Shown: positions 49,078 through 64,000 of the stretch, in pieces
Numbering within the stretch: the stretch's first letter is position 1
Layout: each line of letters begins with the position of its first letter
Assembly: GCA_951406725.2 (NCBI GenBank)
Contig: OX597831.1
Location: forward strand, 76,880,001 to 76,944,000
DNA length: 64,000 nt
Source of the DNA: Octopus vulgaris
Taxonomy: Eukaryota
Direction: 5' to 3'
Notes under the pieces: generated by a model
What the model was told of the DNA's origin: nothing
Database searches by the model: none
The model's input: only the letters and a program-made list of their open reading frames with translations
Made by a program: the position numbers and the translations under genes

Positions 49078-50989
49078 CCTGGCTTCTAGAGGAAAACTGA
49101 TCTGAAGCCGTCTGTTGGTGGCTCCTTTTAATACTCCTCAGACACCATTTAATCAATTCATGTATTTTCGCCAAGGCCGTGTAGTTTTTGTACTTTTGTT
49201 CTGTTATAAGAAATGATACTTTTAAATAGAGATGAACTGGTTGAACTACGTATAATTTCGGAATTAAAGATTTTATTCTATAAATGCATTAAAATTGTCG
49301 ATATCTTTTGTTTGTGGCAACCGTTTTGCCGTAGAAAGCTCTGAGAAGCTTTCTTTACTGTATTTGCTTTGACTAACGACAATGAAGTCTCAATTCATAC
49401 GACAACAAAACACAGCAACACAGAAAAATAGTCAGGCGTCGTTTAATAGAACAACACTATAGATGCAAATTCTTCAACTGCGTAGTACCTGGAACAGATG
49501 GAGTACATCAGAAAAAAAAGATAAAGAATCATTCAAAAGGACAATTCACTAAGTGCTCTGATAAACCAGACAGGATTTTTAAAGCGGTCGGTCAACGCTG
49601 TGTGTTACTAGATGTTTATCTGGTAGGATCTGATGTCATGTCGATGTCTTGACACTTCTGTGCTGCAACAGATAAACACCTCAGAGATTTCCTGAGAAGG
49701 TTATCCGATAACGTGTGTTTTTTTTCTTTTTTTTCTGAAATAGATCATCCTTTATAAGCCTGTAAGAAGGTTTGAAAATCCTCTGAATTCAGATTGCTAG
49801 GTTGTCCCAAATGTAAATTAAATGACAGTTTGTACTTTCTGTATTTTACATCTACAAGGCGACACTAAGAAAGAGGCGAGATGCAAGGTTACTCACCTAA
49901 TATCCATTGGTCAACTGATATAGATATGAGACAGCCATCAGCGAAACCATGGTTTCTTTAACACCCGTAATCGCCCTCTTTGCAAACGACTTCGAGACAT
50001 GTGCCTTTCAGTCAACGCGCTTAGGGTGGGGGTCAAAGCGTTGTCTTGCAAAGTTCTGCATCTCGAGGTAATCATGGTTTTTCTGGGCCTGGATGGCATG
50101 TCGTTTGTCCAGGGCGCAAGCGCTAACGAAATTGGTATCTTTCGGCTAGTGACAGTTTGTTCCTTGACTGGTCGGGACACCCAGACTTTTTAGGTATTTA
50201 GAAGTATCTTTGGAAAGATCCTGTCCATTAGTATTAGGGGGTCAATTGGAATGGCATTTTACACGCACCATGGGATTCGGTGACATTAATCGATATAAAT
50301 GTAAAGTGTAAAAGTCTCGCAAGCTCGCCTGGGCTTTTTCAACTGTCTAGCAGATATCGACGCGAGTTCTCGAATATGTCTATGTGGAGTGTAATAAATT
50401 GCATCAAATGGGCTGCACCAACGGATAAGGATAACGTAGGGTGTCTAGAATTTTGAGCTGTTGACAGTAAAAAACTACAATTATTTATAATCTGCATGTG
50501 CAATTTAATAAGACATATTCAAGAACTCAGTTACATCGAAGCTGAGCTTCCCGCATGGAGACTTCACAGAAACCAAATTAGTCAGAGGGAGTTAACGTAG
50601 AATCTAAAAGATCTACTGACTAAGCAGGAACAGAAAACAATAGATTAACAGGAAAGCTAAGTAGCAGATTAGACAAAGAGGTGAAGAAAGTAATCGCAGT
50701 CCTTGTTCTAAAATGGTACCCGACCATTTATTCTCTATAAAACACGAAGGTTGCTTTGTCCGAGCTGAAACCCGAACTTTAGGTACGAAAGCGCAAAACA
50801 CCCTTTGAAGAGATTTCGGTTGAGAAAGGAACTACGTGGAAACAAACCATAATTCTGTCTTTGAAGGAACATGAGTTGCATTTTTATTCGATTACAGGAG
50901 ATGAATGAGATTTTTTTATGGCTGTACTGTATTCGACTGTATGGATAAAATGGTTGTTGTTTGTATCGAAGGTATGGTGAAAACTAACC

Positions 50990-52940
50990 TGAATAAATGG
51001 TGGTATGCAAAAGTACCACAGCGGCAACCGAGATATCCTTTTATGATGGCCTCAAGAAAGTGTATAGTCCTCAAGAGGACGGTGTTACACCTATATTTTC
51101 ATCGACGCTGTTGACTGACAAATCTGACATCCTGAAACGATGGAAAGATCACTTTGAACCCGTATTGAATTCCACCTGAATCACTAATGATGGCGTCATA
51201 ATGTCTATTCCACAGCACTGTCTCTGGAGCCAACGTTTCTGGAAGTGGTAAACTCTCTATTAAAAAGATCCCTTCTGGTAAAGCACCTGAAATCTATAAG
51301 CATAGTTGAGAGAACATTTTTAAAAATCTGCATGACATCTTCATAAACATTTGGGTGGTAGGCCATGTAGCACAGACTTCAAGAATGCCTCAATTCAACC
51401 TCTTAATAAGAACAAAGGAAACAGAAGTGTCTGTAATAACCATCGTGGAATATCGCTTCTGGCTATTGCTGGTAAGATTCTTGCTTGATCCATTCGTGAC
51501 AGGATCATCAAACACGTTGTAAATGATATCTATCCAGAATCGACAGTGCGGATTTCGCTCAGGTCGTGGCACTATCGACATGATCTTTTCCCTTCGTCAG
51601 GTCATGAAGTAGGTACGTGAGAAAAACCAAGAGTTGTTCTTGATATTCGTTGACCTTACTAAAGCCTTCGACACTGTTCACCGGCATTATGGAAGGTTCT
51701 GAAAAAGCTTGGTATACCTCACAAGATGCTGAACGTTATCATATTTCATGAAGGAATGAAGGCCGCTGTCGTCTCCGCTGGGGAATCTTCGGCTTCCTTT
51801 GACATTACAAACGGCACAAAGTAAGGTTGTACTATGGGTCCTGTCTTGTTTGCACTCTTCTTTTCAGTGAAGCTGAGGAATGGTTTGGCGATATACAAAG
51901 TGGTGTCAAATTCCAGTTTTGAACAAGCGGCGGACTATTCAATCATCTGCATCTCAAAGCCAGAACATTGCTACGAACCATTATCATTTGTGATCTACAT
52001 TTTGCGGATGCTCCTGCACTAGTAGCGACCTCTTTAGAGGAAGCTCAGAAATTTCTAGACCGGTTTTCTCTTTCATGGAAAGCCATTAGTTTTGCCTTCA
52101 GCATAAAGAAGACCATGTCCTACTGCCAAGCAAATTTGAGGTATCAAGTAGAGGCCACCGCTTCACAATTTTCCTGACCTCCTTATACAGCTTGATGGGA
52201 GAAGTCTAAATTATGTGAAGTCATTTACATGTCTTGATAATAAAGTGAATTCGAGCGCATCTCTTGATGATGAAATCGTCAACCGTCTCGCAAAAGCAAT
52301 CGACGTATTTGGCAAACTCCATCAACGTCTATCGAATGAAAGGAGCATCAAACTTGACACCAAAGTACAGGTCTATAAAGTAGACATTGTTATTACTCTC
52401 TTGTATGGGTCAGAATTATGGCTATCCTACAGACCGCACATAACCAACTAGACATCTTCCACAAAGGCTGTCCGAGGATAATCTGCGGTTATTCACTAAA
52501 AGACAAAATTTCTAATGCCGCCTTGTTTAGCAAGTGTAAGATTGGTGGAATTGTGAGCTTCTTTATGCAACCAGAATTGTGCTGGAATGGTCATGTCGTC
52601 AGAATGAGTTACTAAAGAATGCCCAAAGTCCTTACGTATAGCCAGCTTGAGAGTGGCTCATATATAAGGACAAGCTGAAGAGTAACCCATTAGGGAGGAA
52701 GATAGCCCACAACACCTTTGAGCAAAGAGTCTAGGAACGAACAAAATGGAGATCGCTGTGTCAAAATGGAATTAAAAACTTTGTTGCAACCAGCATTAAC
52801 AGGCTTCGTGGTGCAAGGCAAAGGAGAAAAGCGACTGCAAATATACCACCTACACTGACCAGTAATCCTCATATTTGTAACATCTGTGGCCTTCTTTGCA
52901 AATCGTTGGCGGGACTTGAATGTCACATTCGACATGAGTA
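50990..52940 (+). mobile_element. Paralogous decayed RTE-BovB-like LINE
   Basis: Collinear with 31540-33530 and has the same RT motifs. Confidence 0.9.
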
Positions 52941-53019
52941 TTATGACTGACAAATAAAGAGTACGTTGTCGGAGCTTGATAGGTCGAAACCGACAGGCAA
53001 GTCTGTCATATATATACAC

Positions 53020-53130
<111 letters not shown>

Positions 53131-53146
53131 TGTATATTCTCCTCTC

Positions 53147-53188
<42 letters not shown>

Positions 53189-53229
53189 TAAAACGGTAAG
53201 ATAACAAAAGAAAGAAAGAGACCTCAATA

Positions 53230-55310
53230 TTATGTAAATAGAGGAAATTTATCTATACAATAATATGTTACATTACTCGGTAGTCAAGATAAAACTATGA
53301 GTTTCAGATGCCGAAGTGGAAATCCACAACACCATCTCTTCGGTTATCTGGCTATTTGAAAACGCTATGAAAAAATACCGTTAAATAAAGGGAAATTACT
53401 CTGTTATAACTCTGCTTGCCTGCGTACTTATACATCGCTCGCATTTTTCGTCATAAAAATTATATAAAAATACATAAAAAATATATAAAAATATATAAAA
53501 ATATATAAATTCTTCTTGGGACATAACATAGAAAGCATGTTCTATCTGTTTTCTTTAGGGGACCAAAAACGTAACAGAAATTTAGTCACATGTGGGCATG
53601 ATCCGAAAAGCTCTGTCCTTGTATTTAGACATGTAGTAGGGTCAAAGCTGCTTTTCCAGACAAGCCATCTCTCCATGTCGCCTAGACCGCACCTTCCGCT
53701 GCCGTTAGTATAGGGCTTACATCTGGCCAAAATCTTCCACTGTATGTTATAATCGACACCTTTATCTCTTAAAGACCAAATATGATTAGATAATTGTGTC
53801 GCTTTTCTTTTGTTCCAGTGCCTAAAGCTCAAAGTGTGGTTATTGAACCTGGCCTTGAAATTACCCTCTGTAAGGCCTACGTATTTCTTCGTCGAAACGG
53901 TGTCTTTAGTGGTTATAGAGTTTACGGTAGCTTCATATATGATGGTCTTGGACATGCAAGCTCCATTTAGCGGGCACAATTCTTTATTCCTGCATGAACA
54001 GCTGTTTTCTTGTTGTGTTTTTTGTATGTTATGTTTGATTATGTTTTTAAAATTGGTAGTGGAACTAAAACTAATTTTTAAATTGTGTCTATTGAAGAGT
54101 TTCCTATAAGTATGGTTAACTGGAAAATGTCTATCTATCAGTGCTAGGAAATATTTACCTATATTGAAGGCCACCTCGGGTGAGTAAGGGGGCGTAAACC
54201 AGATGACCTTCCTATTTCTATTATTCCTTTTCCTTACTGTTGGGCTAGTGATAGGTGTATATTTTATTTTTTCGCTAAAACCACTATCTTTTAAAGCCTT
54301 ATTATAAACTGGGGCAACGCTATTGATGTCCTCATCAGAGGAGAGGCTAGAAATCCTCTTACTAATATTTTTAACTAAGTTTTTGAATACTATAGGGGGA
54401 TGGCATGAACCTACATTAATATAACTTAGTCTATCATTGGGCTTCCTATAAGGCTTATAAATATTCTTATTAAGATCTAAGGAAACGTCTAAGAAATTGA
54501 CAACCGTCAGGTTAGTATCTATAGTTATACTAAGTCCGAAGTGTTTCATTAACTGGATAATATCCTTCCTAAAACGATCTTGTGCTGGTTCATTTGTATT
54601 AGCTGTTAAAGCGAGGGCATCATCTTTGTAGATGGCGAAATGTACGTTAGGAAATCTCTTACCTAAGGTATCTAGGAGAAAAAGTCCAATTAGATCACAG
54701 ATGCCTGCCCCATCATATGAACCCATGCTCACATCGAAAGCGCCCTTTGAGCTTTAGGCACTGGAACATAAGAAAAGCGACACAATTATCTAATCATATT
54801 TGGTCTTTAAGAGATAAAGGTGTCGATTATAACATACAATGGAAGATTTTGGCCAGATGTAAGCCCTATACTAACGGCAGCGGAAGGTGCGGTCTATGCG
54901 ACATGGAGAGATGGCTTATCTGGAAAAGCAGCTTAGACCCTACTACATGTCTAAATACAAGGACAGAGCTTTTCGGATCATGCCCACATGTGACTAAATT
55001 TCTGTTACGTTTTTGGTCCCCTAAAGAAAACAGATAGAACATGCTTTCTATGTTATGTCCCAAGAAGAATTTATATATTTTTATATATTTTTATATATTT
55101 TTATATAATTTTTATGACGAAAAATGCGAGCGATGTATAAGTACGCAGGCAAGCAGAGTTATAACAGAGTAATTTCCCTTTATTTAACGGTATTTTTTCA
55201 TAGCGTTTTCAAATAGCCAGATAAACGAAGAGATGGTGTTGTGGATTTCCACTTCGGCATCTGAAATTCATAGTTTTATCTTGACTACCGCGTAATGTAA
55301 CATATTATTG
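53230..55310 (-). mobile_element. Penelope-like element (RT plus GIY-YIG, 396-aa ORF) with an inverted 3' duplication of about 570 bp
   Basis: ORF 53542-54732 contains MGSYDGA..YKDD..NFLDV..SCHPP..CPLNGAC..IIYEA..YVGLTE..FKARFNNH. Segment 54747-55310 is the reverse complement of about 53240-53830. Inserted in a (TA)n tract and absent from the homologous site in unit 3. Confidence 0.92.
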
Positions 55311-55567
55311 TATATATATATACATACATTCGTCATGCTGGATCGCTGAAATCTACAAGTCCTTTTCATTCTCTCTCTGCTTATTTTCTCTTATTCCTTC
55401 CCGTTAAAGAGCGTAGGCTCGAAACGTAAAAGACTTTTCATTTTTCCCGAGCGTCAAATTAGTACGCTTGCTTGTTGTTCATACACCTGACTTCGTCTTT
55501 TGTTTCTCTTTAAATTTCAACTATTTATCTATCTACCTGTCTACCTATCTGTCTATCTACCTATCGG

Positions 55568-55632
<65 letters not shown>

Positions 55633-55666
55633 ATATCTATCTATCTGTCTATCTAACAATCTAACA

Positions 55667-55750
<84 letters not shown>

Positions 55751-56849
55751 CTGTGTTTAGCCCCGTGTGGGTAGTAAAAAAATAGGTATTTTCTCTGCCC
55801 ACAAACGAATTGTATTATTATGTTTCTATTTTTTGTTGTTTCCGGATTTTTGTTCCTTCGTAGGTGAAGGGATGGTTCATGTTTTTTGCACGCATTTCGT
55901 TGTCTATAGGTTCTGTCTTCTCCCAATCTTATACGTTTATTGGGCCACCCAAGATGTTTGGAATTATTGATCGTAAATCGTGGCTTTCTTGAGTTTCCTT
56001 CATATTACGGTTTCTGTATTGTCTATATTGTCCTCGTTCTTTCCATCTAGGGTACTTGCTATTATGGGTTGGTGGTTGTCTGTGTGTTACTTATCTTTCC
56101 AGTCTTTCTCCTTATGTATTCATCAATCTAGGTTGTTTGATATTATGGGGTGATGGTTGTCTTCTATATTCCGTACGTTTGTTTATTGCAGAGTCATGTT
56201 TTGGCATTGTAAAATATGGGTTTCTAGTCTGAATTTGGGGTAAGCTGGAGGGCACCTCCGCATATGTTCTTGGATAACTAGAGGTTCGATCCCTTAATCT
56301 GGTTCCTCTGGGGCTGGTGTCTATGATTTTGATTTCGCTGTATTGTTTGTTGTGGTTTCATTTTCATAATGGATTTTTCTCCTTAGTTTTTTTTTTTCAG
56401 AGTTTGTGAACCACTCTTGTTGTTTTCCCCACATTTTCATGGATCTTTCTTCTTCCCGTTGAGTGTCTTCTTTCCATAGTTGTTGTAATTTTTCATGACT
56501 TTGATTGTCACTTCGTTCGGCGATTCCAACAAATGTAACTCCATCAGTTCTTTTGACTTTCTCTTCGTGTTGTATTTTTCGTGAATGGAGGAAAGAAAAC
56601 TTCAGCTTCCATTCGGCATAAAACTATATTTGCACGTTATTGGCGTTACGGAAAAAAACTATTGAGCAACCGTTGGAAAACCGATTATTGCAGTGACTCG
56701 ATCAATTCCTAGCAATATTTGAAGAAGGAAATTTTATATTCCGAAATATTATATCAGATTATGGATGATTAAATTATAAGTTATTATAGTCCAATCTGCA
56801 TTGCTGTGCCATTCAAGAAGGTCAGATACTTTTTCACTACACCCCGTGT

Positions 56850-56917
<68 letters not shown>

Positions 56918-57540
56918 GGTGAGAATTTACAAAAAAAAAAGCAGAAGACGACGAAGACGGCAGTGTAAACAACAAACAGATATATTAGCTCGGGAAGTGA
57001 GAGAGTATTTTACGTTTCGAGCCTACGCTCTTCAACAGAAAATGACACAGAAATAAAAAGGGAGAGAAAATAGGAAAAGGTTTAGTGGCTAGCGATCAAT
57101 ATATATATATATATATATATATGATACTTTGGAAGTGGTTTCAATGACAAATAAAAAGGTATTCAATAGATAAATTGACAGTAGGTTAACTTTACACTTG
57201 GCCCACGACTGCCGGTGCTGGTAAACGTCAGATGGTAGAATTATTGTCCTATCTAAATGGACGTTTAGTGCATGTCACCACCGAATACGAACGCTGTTTA
57301 ATAATCATTATTATATATATGACTAAAGATTTTCGACCGTTGTCTATTTGGACATTTTATTCGCATACATGAGACATTTATTGACATTTCGTATGACTTA
57401 AGAAGAAAAAAAATACAAGACGGAATAGGTTTAGCATCGAAATTATTAGTTTCGAGAAATGGAGAGCGTCTATTTAAATGACGTTTCGAATTACTGTCCT
57501 TCATCGGAATAGGGTGATGCCCAGAAATATCACTGAGCCA

Positions 57541-58997
57541 TTATATACCAAACAATGTATCGATATCTTTCACCAGAGTTTCTCTCGTATCTTCCCGTAA
57601 CTGTTTTAAGTACTCTTCATTGGGTACATATTTAGCGTAGTTGAAGCGGCAACGGATCCCGACGACTATTTGTTCTAAGACGATAAGGCGTATTGAGTCT
57701 CTTACAAGGTCAAAATGGAGCATAAATACCTTTGAGAGAGAAGAAAAGACAGAAGGTATTAAAAGATGATAACGAGCAAAAAAAAACAAACTATGGAAGT
57801 ACAGGGATATCAAAATCTCGAGATTATAAGCGACCTATAAAGAGTTGGATTGTACAGTGGCGGAAAGGATGTGAAAATAATGAACAAGATGAGGTCACTA
57901 GACCCAATACACGAGTATAGGTGAATTAGACATCGGAGATGGTTTGCCCCGCGCAGAAACTGCAGGAGCTACACCGGGGTTTAGCAAGTTCTTCTTTTGT
58001 ATCCATTCCAATGGTGGGAACACTTCCGAAACTTCCGTACCACCACCAGGTAGCTCAGAGTCACGAGCATTTTGTCTCTTAGTCTGCACCCTTTGATTTG
58101 CTTGGGCAGCGAGGACAGAATTAATCTTCACCAGCAAAACGGTTCTAGTTGTAATCTGTTAGTAACCACGTCCACCTTGAGCTGGTTCCAGCTTCCACAT
58201 CTACTTCGTTGCTGGCTTTCTTCAGTAGTTTGGATTTCAGACCAATCTTCTGGAGTAAATTGTGCACCGAGGTTGCGGAGAAGCCGCGGTAGGCTACTTT
58301 AGCAGGGAACGAGGTCCGCGTGGCATCCCTTGACAGGGGCCTCATTGACCAAGCCTTGATATTCAGTTTTCTTTATCCAATAAGGAATCCCAAGTAATTT
58401 TTCCAGGTGAGGCTCAAGGCCAGCAATACTCGGATAAAGAAGTTAATCAATTATTTGCACATTAGATTGGTACATTATTTCACTAACTTCAGAGGGGTGT
58501 AATCTTTCAGTGTATGATGATGATGATGATGATGATGATAAGAAGAAGAAGAAGAAGAAAAGGAAGAAGAAGAAGAAGAAGAAGAAGAAGACGAAGAAGA
58601 AGAAGAAGAAGAAGAAGAAGAAGAAGAAGAAGAAGAAGAAGAAGAAGAAGAAGAAGAAAGACCTGGAAATAGAGGTAACTCGAATGTGGTGTCCAAAAAG
58701 AGAAACAATTCCTATCATAGTGGGCGTATTAGCTATGATAAAAAATATTCAAACAAATACATAAAAACACCAGGACTTACAAACACATATCACATACAGA
58801 ACATTGCACTACTAGGCACCGCACACATCGTTACGTAAAACACTTTCAATACAGTGAATATAAGAGCATCACAACAAATCACAGCAAATACCCAAGGCAC
58901 ACAGAGCTGCGCTCGGTAGTGAAGTGAAAGCAAGCTATAAAAATAAGACTACTGAATAATAATAATGATAATGATGATGATGATGATGATGATAATA

Positions 58998-59048
<51 letters not shown>

Positions 59049-59601
59049 GCCCTGATGCAATACCAGGCAATGGCTCTCATGGCTTCTGATCTTAACTGAT
59101 TGGAAGTGTTATCATGTACATTGTTTTGTCTTGGTATAAAAGATGGGCTACAGCAAATATTCTGCTCAATACCATAGATTTGCTTGTCAGTTGTTTGACC
59201 TTAACCAGTTGAGCATGTTCCTTAGTGGCTGACGATATGTGCATCTCTGATCACGAGCAGAAGTAGTGGGGGAGCATCATAGCCATGTGTTGAGAGGATT
59301 CTTTGGGGTTTGAATAATTCACCTCTGGAAACATGGGTGGTTCTTTCAACATCCTTAAACAACTCTTATTCAGGGACCTTTTGAGCGGGATGGGCTACTC
59401 AACCTGAAGAAAATTCTAACTGGGCCCCACCTGCAAGGTCATGCGCTATTTATCTTGATATGAGATCACCATGTCGCGCACATATGGTTGTGATGCATGT
59501 ACATGGTGTACCCTTATCAGACGGGTAGTCATGATGGGTATATTGGGCTTCGTATATTTTACCCCAGTGTCACTTTGATGGCATGAACTGCTCTCTCACT
59601 C

Positions 59602-59655
<54 letters not shown>

Positions 59656-60896
59656 TCTAAACATTGAAACGTTAGTTTTCATGTTTGGATATAGGCATAA
59701 ACGTGACAGATTGTTTCGGAAGCTCACTTTGGAATCAAAGGGTTTACAGTTCTATGTCCCTGCATGGCATCTTGAGCAAGTTTGTCTGCTATAGACCCCA
59801 GCCGCCCAATGCTTTGTAAGTGAGTTTGGGAGACGGAAACCCTCGTATATATATATATATATATATACGAGGGAAATATTCTCTCCCTGAATACCCAAGC
59901 GATATTTTACACTTAGACATTTCAACGAGGAACCTGTGCCACTAATTCCAATAAGATAGCCTTTTTTCTGAACATGAAATTTAAATATACATATCACATG
60001 AACTCCAAACACAGAAGAAATATGCTCTTGTGAAGCACAAGTATACAGCACACAAGTATACGAACATCACATACACCAAGAAAGAGTCTATCGTGGTGGC
60101 GTCAGCGGCATAGGCCGTGGTTCCTCTTTGAATTGTCAAAGTGCAAAATATTGGTTTTGTATGGAGGGAAAGATGTTATTTCTTGACTGTATGATGTTGA
60201 ATTTTTCAGTGATACACAGTTGACACATATTTTTGCATTACATATATAAGATAGATATAGATATATAGATATAGACGTGTGTGTGTGTGTGTGTGTGTAT
60301 GTATCTGGTGCTCGTTTGTTGACGCCCCAATACCTTAGGAGTTTGGGACACAGAGACAAACAGAATAAATACCAGATTTCAAAAGAAGTAGTGGCCCAGA
60401 TGCTCGATAAAATCCTAGAAGGAAGAGCTCTAGTATGACTGCCGTCCAATGATTGTAACGTGTAAAATATAATAGATAAAAGATTTGAAATTACAATGGA
60501 AACCGTGCAAGCTTAATGTGTGTATTTGAAATCACAGTAGAAATTGTGTTTTGATGTCTAACATTTAAAAAAATTGCCAGTTGACTATAGAGACATACTC
60601 ACGGTGAGGTAGGGATTCATGATATCAGGGAATCGTAAAATTGCTAAATCCATCAATTCTCTCCTTTTATAATCATTACCCAAAAGTGCGTTTTTGATCG
60701 AAATTTCTTCACCGTTTGCGAGATAATAAGCTAAATTGGTAATATTTATGTTCATCTCGCCTAACATCGGATGCTCTTGTATTAATTCGTCAAACCATTG
60801 TTCGGTGAAGAAAACCTGAGAGAAAAAACAATGGGAAAAACAATTAAAATGAATTAAATAAATAGCTGCTACTCCTCCTCCTCCTCCTCCTCCTCC

Positions 60897-60936
<40 letters not shown>

Positions 60937-61658
60937 AACTACTACTACTACTACTGCTGCAGCTGCTACTACTACTCCTGCTGCTGCTGCTGCTACTCCT
61001 CCTCCTCCTCCTCCTCCTCCTCCTCCTCCTCCTCCTACTACTACTACTACTACTACTACTACTATTACTACTACTACTACTACTACTACTATTGCCACCA
61101 CCACCACCACCACCACCACCACCACTACTACTACTACTAAAAATAATAATGATTAAATGACTGGCAGTGGTATCATATACACTGTCTTGGTATAAAAGAT
61201 GGGGTACAGCAAATATTCTGCTCAATATCACAGATTTGCTTGTCAATTGTTTGACCTTAACCAGTTGAGCATGTCTATTAGTGGCTGATGTTATGTGCCC
61301 CTCTGATCACGAGCAGAAGTAGTGAGGGAGCATCATAGCCATGTGTTGAGAGGGATTCTTTGGGGTTTGGATAATTTAACTTTGGAAACATCGGTGTTTC
61401 TTTCAACGTCCTTAATCAACCCTTATCAGGGACATTTTGAGCGGGATGGGGTACTCGACCTGAAGGAAATACTAACCAGGCCCCACCTGCAGGGTCATGC
61501 ACAGTTTATCTTGATATGAGATCAGCATGTCACGCACGTATGTCTGTGATGCATGCGCCTGCTGCACCCTTACCAGACGAATAGTCACGATGATTATACT
61601 GGGCTTCGTATATTTGTACACCAATGTCACTCTGATGGCATGCACTGCTCTCTCACTC

Positions 61659-61727
<69 letters not shown>

Positions 61728-63570
61728 GTTGCGGTTGCTATAGATAGTTTATTGGTTGAACGATATTTCGACAGAAAGCCTATCTTTGCCAAGTTCAAAA
61801 TGGGAAGAGGTAAACATTCGAAGTAAGAGAAATTCAAATGTAAAATAAGAACGAGAACAACCAGCGTTCATACGTTGATTGATAGACATAATCTTCAAGT
61901 TTCAATTTTACAACTAGCGAAAAGAAAAAAGAGAAAAAAGAAAAGGACAGGAAGAAGAATGTTTAATCAGTTTTGTGTAAATTTCATGTAATTTTCCTGT
62001 CATTTTGTTCATTCCACTAGTTAACCTGCAACTCATGCATTTTGAGTAATGAAAGTGTATCAGATTCAGAATATTTTATGACAATATGCATTTTCAAGTC
62101 TTTTCAAAATTGCAGCCGTTCAGCAAATTCTGTCGAACTACTGTCATTGTGCCTGACGCCATACTTGTGCCCCATTGAATCAGTTGTTTAATTGTTCTGT
62201 TGTGCAACCAGCATAAATCAAGTCGTGGTTTGTGCATTCTACTGCGTACAACAAATAGGAATCTTTACATGTGCCACATTCTGCGTAACTCACAACATTT
62301 CTGTTATGATTCTTGGTGGAATTCACTTGACTTATGTTGTTACACAATGAACCGGGCTTATCTCTCTTGCGGTTGCTTTTCAAGGTACAGCGTGCAGATA
62401 CTCCAATGATATTTTCTTGGAGTCAGAAGTAGAGGTCAATAATTCTCATATATTTTCATTCCGTCTAAAGGCTATAATAGGCGGTTGAAGAAATATCTGT
62501 TTGAAACGAGAGTATTTTTCCGCCACATGTTGGTAATTTTCATGCAACACTTTTGAAATGCCAACGAAATTTCGGTGCCAGTTAATCACTAAAGGAATTC
62601 TGTTAGATATTGTACTGTTTTTCCTAAAATTATGCGTCAAGTTTTGACTTTCTTTGCTAATCCTAACTATTTCATCTGCTATTTCCTTTAATCGTGATTC
62701 ACTGTAACTGCGATTGACATAATGGTATAGAAAAGCATTTGTATGCTTCCAGTAATCCCTATGTCAGTACAAACCCGTTTCTTCCCGCCAAAATGGGGAT
62801 TTAGGATTTGACAATGGATGCGTACTGGTCTGAAAAGTCATGGTCGTATATATGCAAGGACAAAAGTAAATCACAACAATTAAGTTGAATGCGAGACGGC
62901 CTTCATCTAACACAGGGGCTCTCAACCATTTTTAAATCTATTAACCCCATTTGTTATTGTTTTATTCTGGTGGACCCCTCCATAGCCATTCGACGTTTAA
63001 AAACTAGTTTTATAGAAATTTCTTTCAAAATTCTTCTTTTGTTTTTCACTCATTAACTTATGTAAGTTGAACTGTGTGAAATGTTAGACAAAAGAACCCA
63101 ACCGTTTCTTGCAATACACACCAACACATACATTAAAAGCAACATTTATCTGCAGGGGCCCTTACAATACTGCCGTGGATGTTCAATTTACTATTTTGTT
63201 ACGTGGACCCCACCAAAATCTTATATGGACCCTTGGTGTCAAACTTTTCTTCATGCTCCTTGTGACCTGTTCCAGACATAGTTCCTCTGCAAATGAAACG
63301 ATCTGGAATGAAATGATATTATAAACATTTTACAGTAAAAACTCAAAGCTGCAGGAAGGAATCTAACATTTTATTTACCGTCATATAGTCGACTTCACGG
63401 CTGGCAAAATCCAGCATTTCGGTTCTCACTCGGCTCATATTAGATTCAGTAAAGTTTGTTCTTTCACCAACCATTTCCAAATATGGTATTCTGTCCAAAG
63501 AATCCAAAAGACCTTCCCAACTTGTTTTATTCAGCTTATCCATTTCACTTATAGCACCAGCAACCATTAT
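57541..63570 (-). CDS. Copy 4 of the gene (exons 3-5 only; exons 1-2 would lie beyond the window end)
   Basis: Exons 63379-63570, 60603-60815, 57541-57729. Same lengths, splice sites intact, open frame. Confidence 0.82.
59046..59601 (+). mobile_element. Non-coding element of about 550 bp embedded in (AAT)n; older relatives at 3815-4313, 20160-20657, 39155-39600, 61155-61658
   Basis: Always ends CTCTCTCACTC-(AAT)n and has no ORF. Probably the 3' UTR of, or a SINE dependent on, a TAA-targeting LINE. Confidence 0.6.
61910..62715 (-). mobile_element. Penelope-like fragment inserted only in intron 3 of copy 4
   Basis: RIPLVINWH...PPIIAFRRNENI and C..LLYAVEC..LIYAG. It interrupts ttcaatttt|gacataatgg, which is contiguous in the other units. 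Confidence 0.7.
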
Positions 63571-64000
63571 CTGTGCAGCCGAAATACATAGATAACTCGA
63601 TAAACATAGATATACAGTTATACATATACACAATACGCATGCATGTGTGAGTATGTGTATCTGTGTGTGAGCGTGTGTGTATATAAGTGTATGTATGTGC
63701 GTGTGTGTGTGTGTAACTGAACAAGCTGGAGTCAACAAGGAGCGTGGTCGGACATTTATCTGCAGTCACTACAGCTGTTTCTAGGCAATGACCAACCACA
63801 CTTATTCCTATAGACCCCAACTCATTCAATCATCCATTCAAATATTAAAGAAGCCGAAATGCAAATCTGGAATTATAATACTACAAGTGGATATCACAGG
63901 GCGAAATCTGAAGGCGGACGATCTATATTCTATACTCTCCCACGTTCTCTTATACATACATACATACATACATACATACATACATACATACTACATACAT

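Overview
AT-rich, microsatellite-dense animal DNA. The repeat repertoire ((TACA)n, (TATC)n, (AAT)n, (TA)n, RTE-BovB, Dong/R4, Penelope, mariner) looks like a coleoid cephalopod, probably Octopus; this is an inference. The window is a tandem array of about 16-21 kb duplication units. Each unit carries one copy of a minus-strand 5-exon gene that the ORF track shows only in fragments: three complete copies, a fourth cut by the right edge, and the upstream flank of a probable fifth at the left edge. Joining the exons by hand (all GT-AG, phases 1/0/0/0, exon lengths 61/185/192/213/189 nt in every copy) gives an intact 279-aa protein with a signal peptide and four N-glycosylation sequons. I cannot assign it to a named family. 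Paralog differences are concentrated in short, mostly nonsynonymous patches, and the units are recombinant mosaics. Introns and spacers are full of TE remnants. The Penelope-type ends carry several minimal hammerhead ribozyme motifs, including variants with compensated core pairs (C3-G8, U3-A8, G3-C8).
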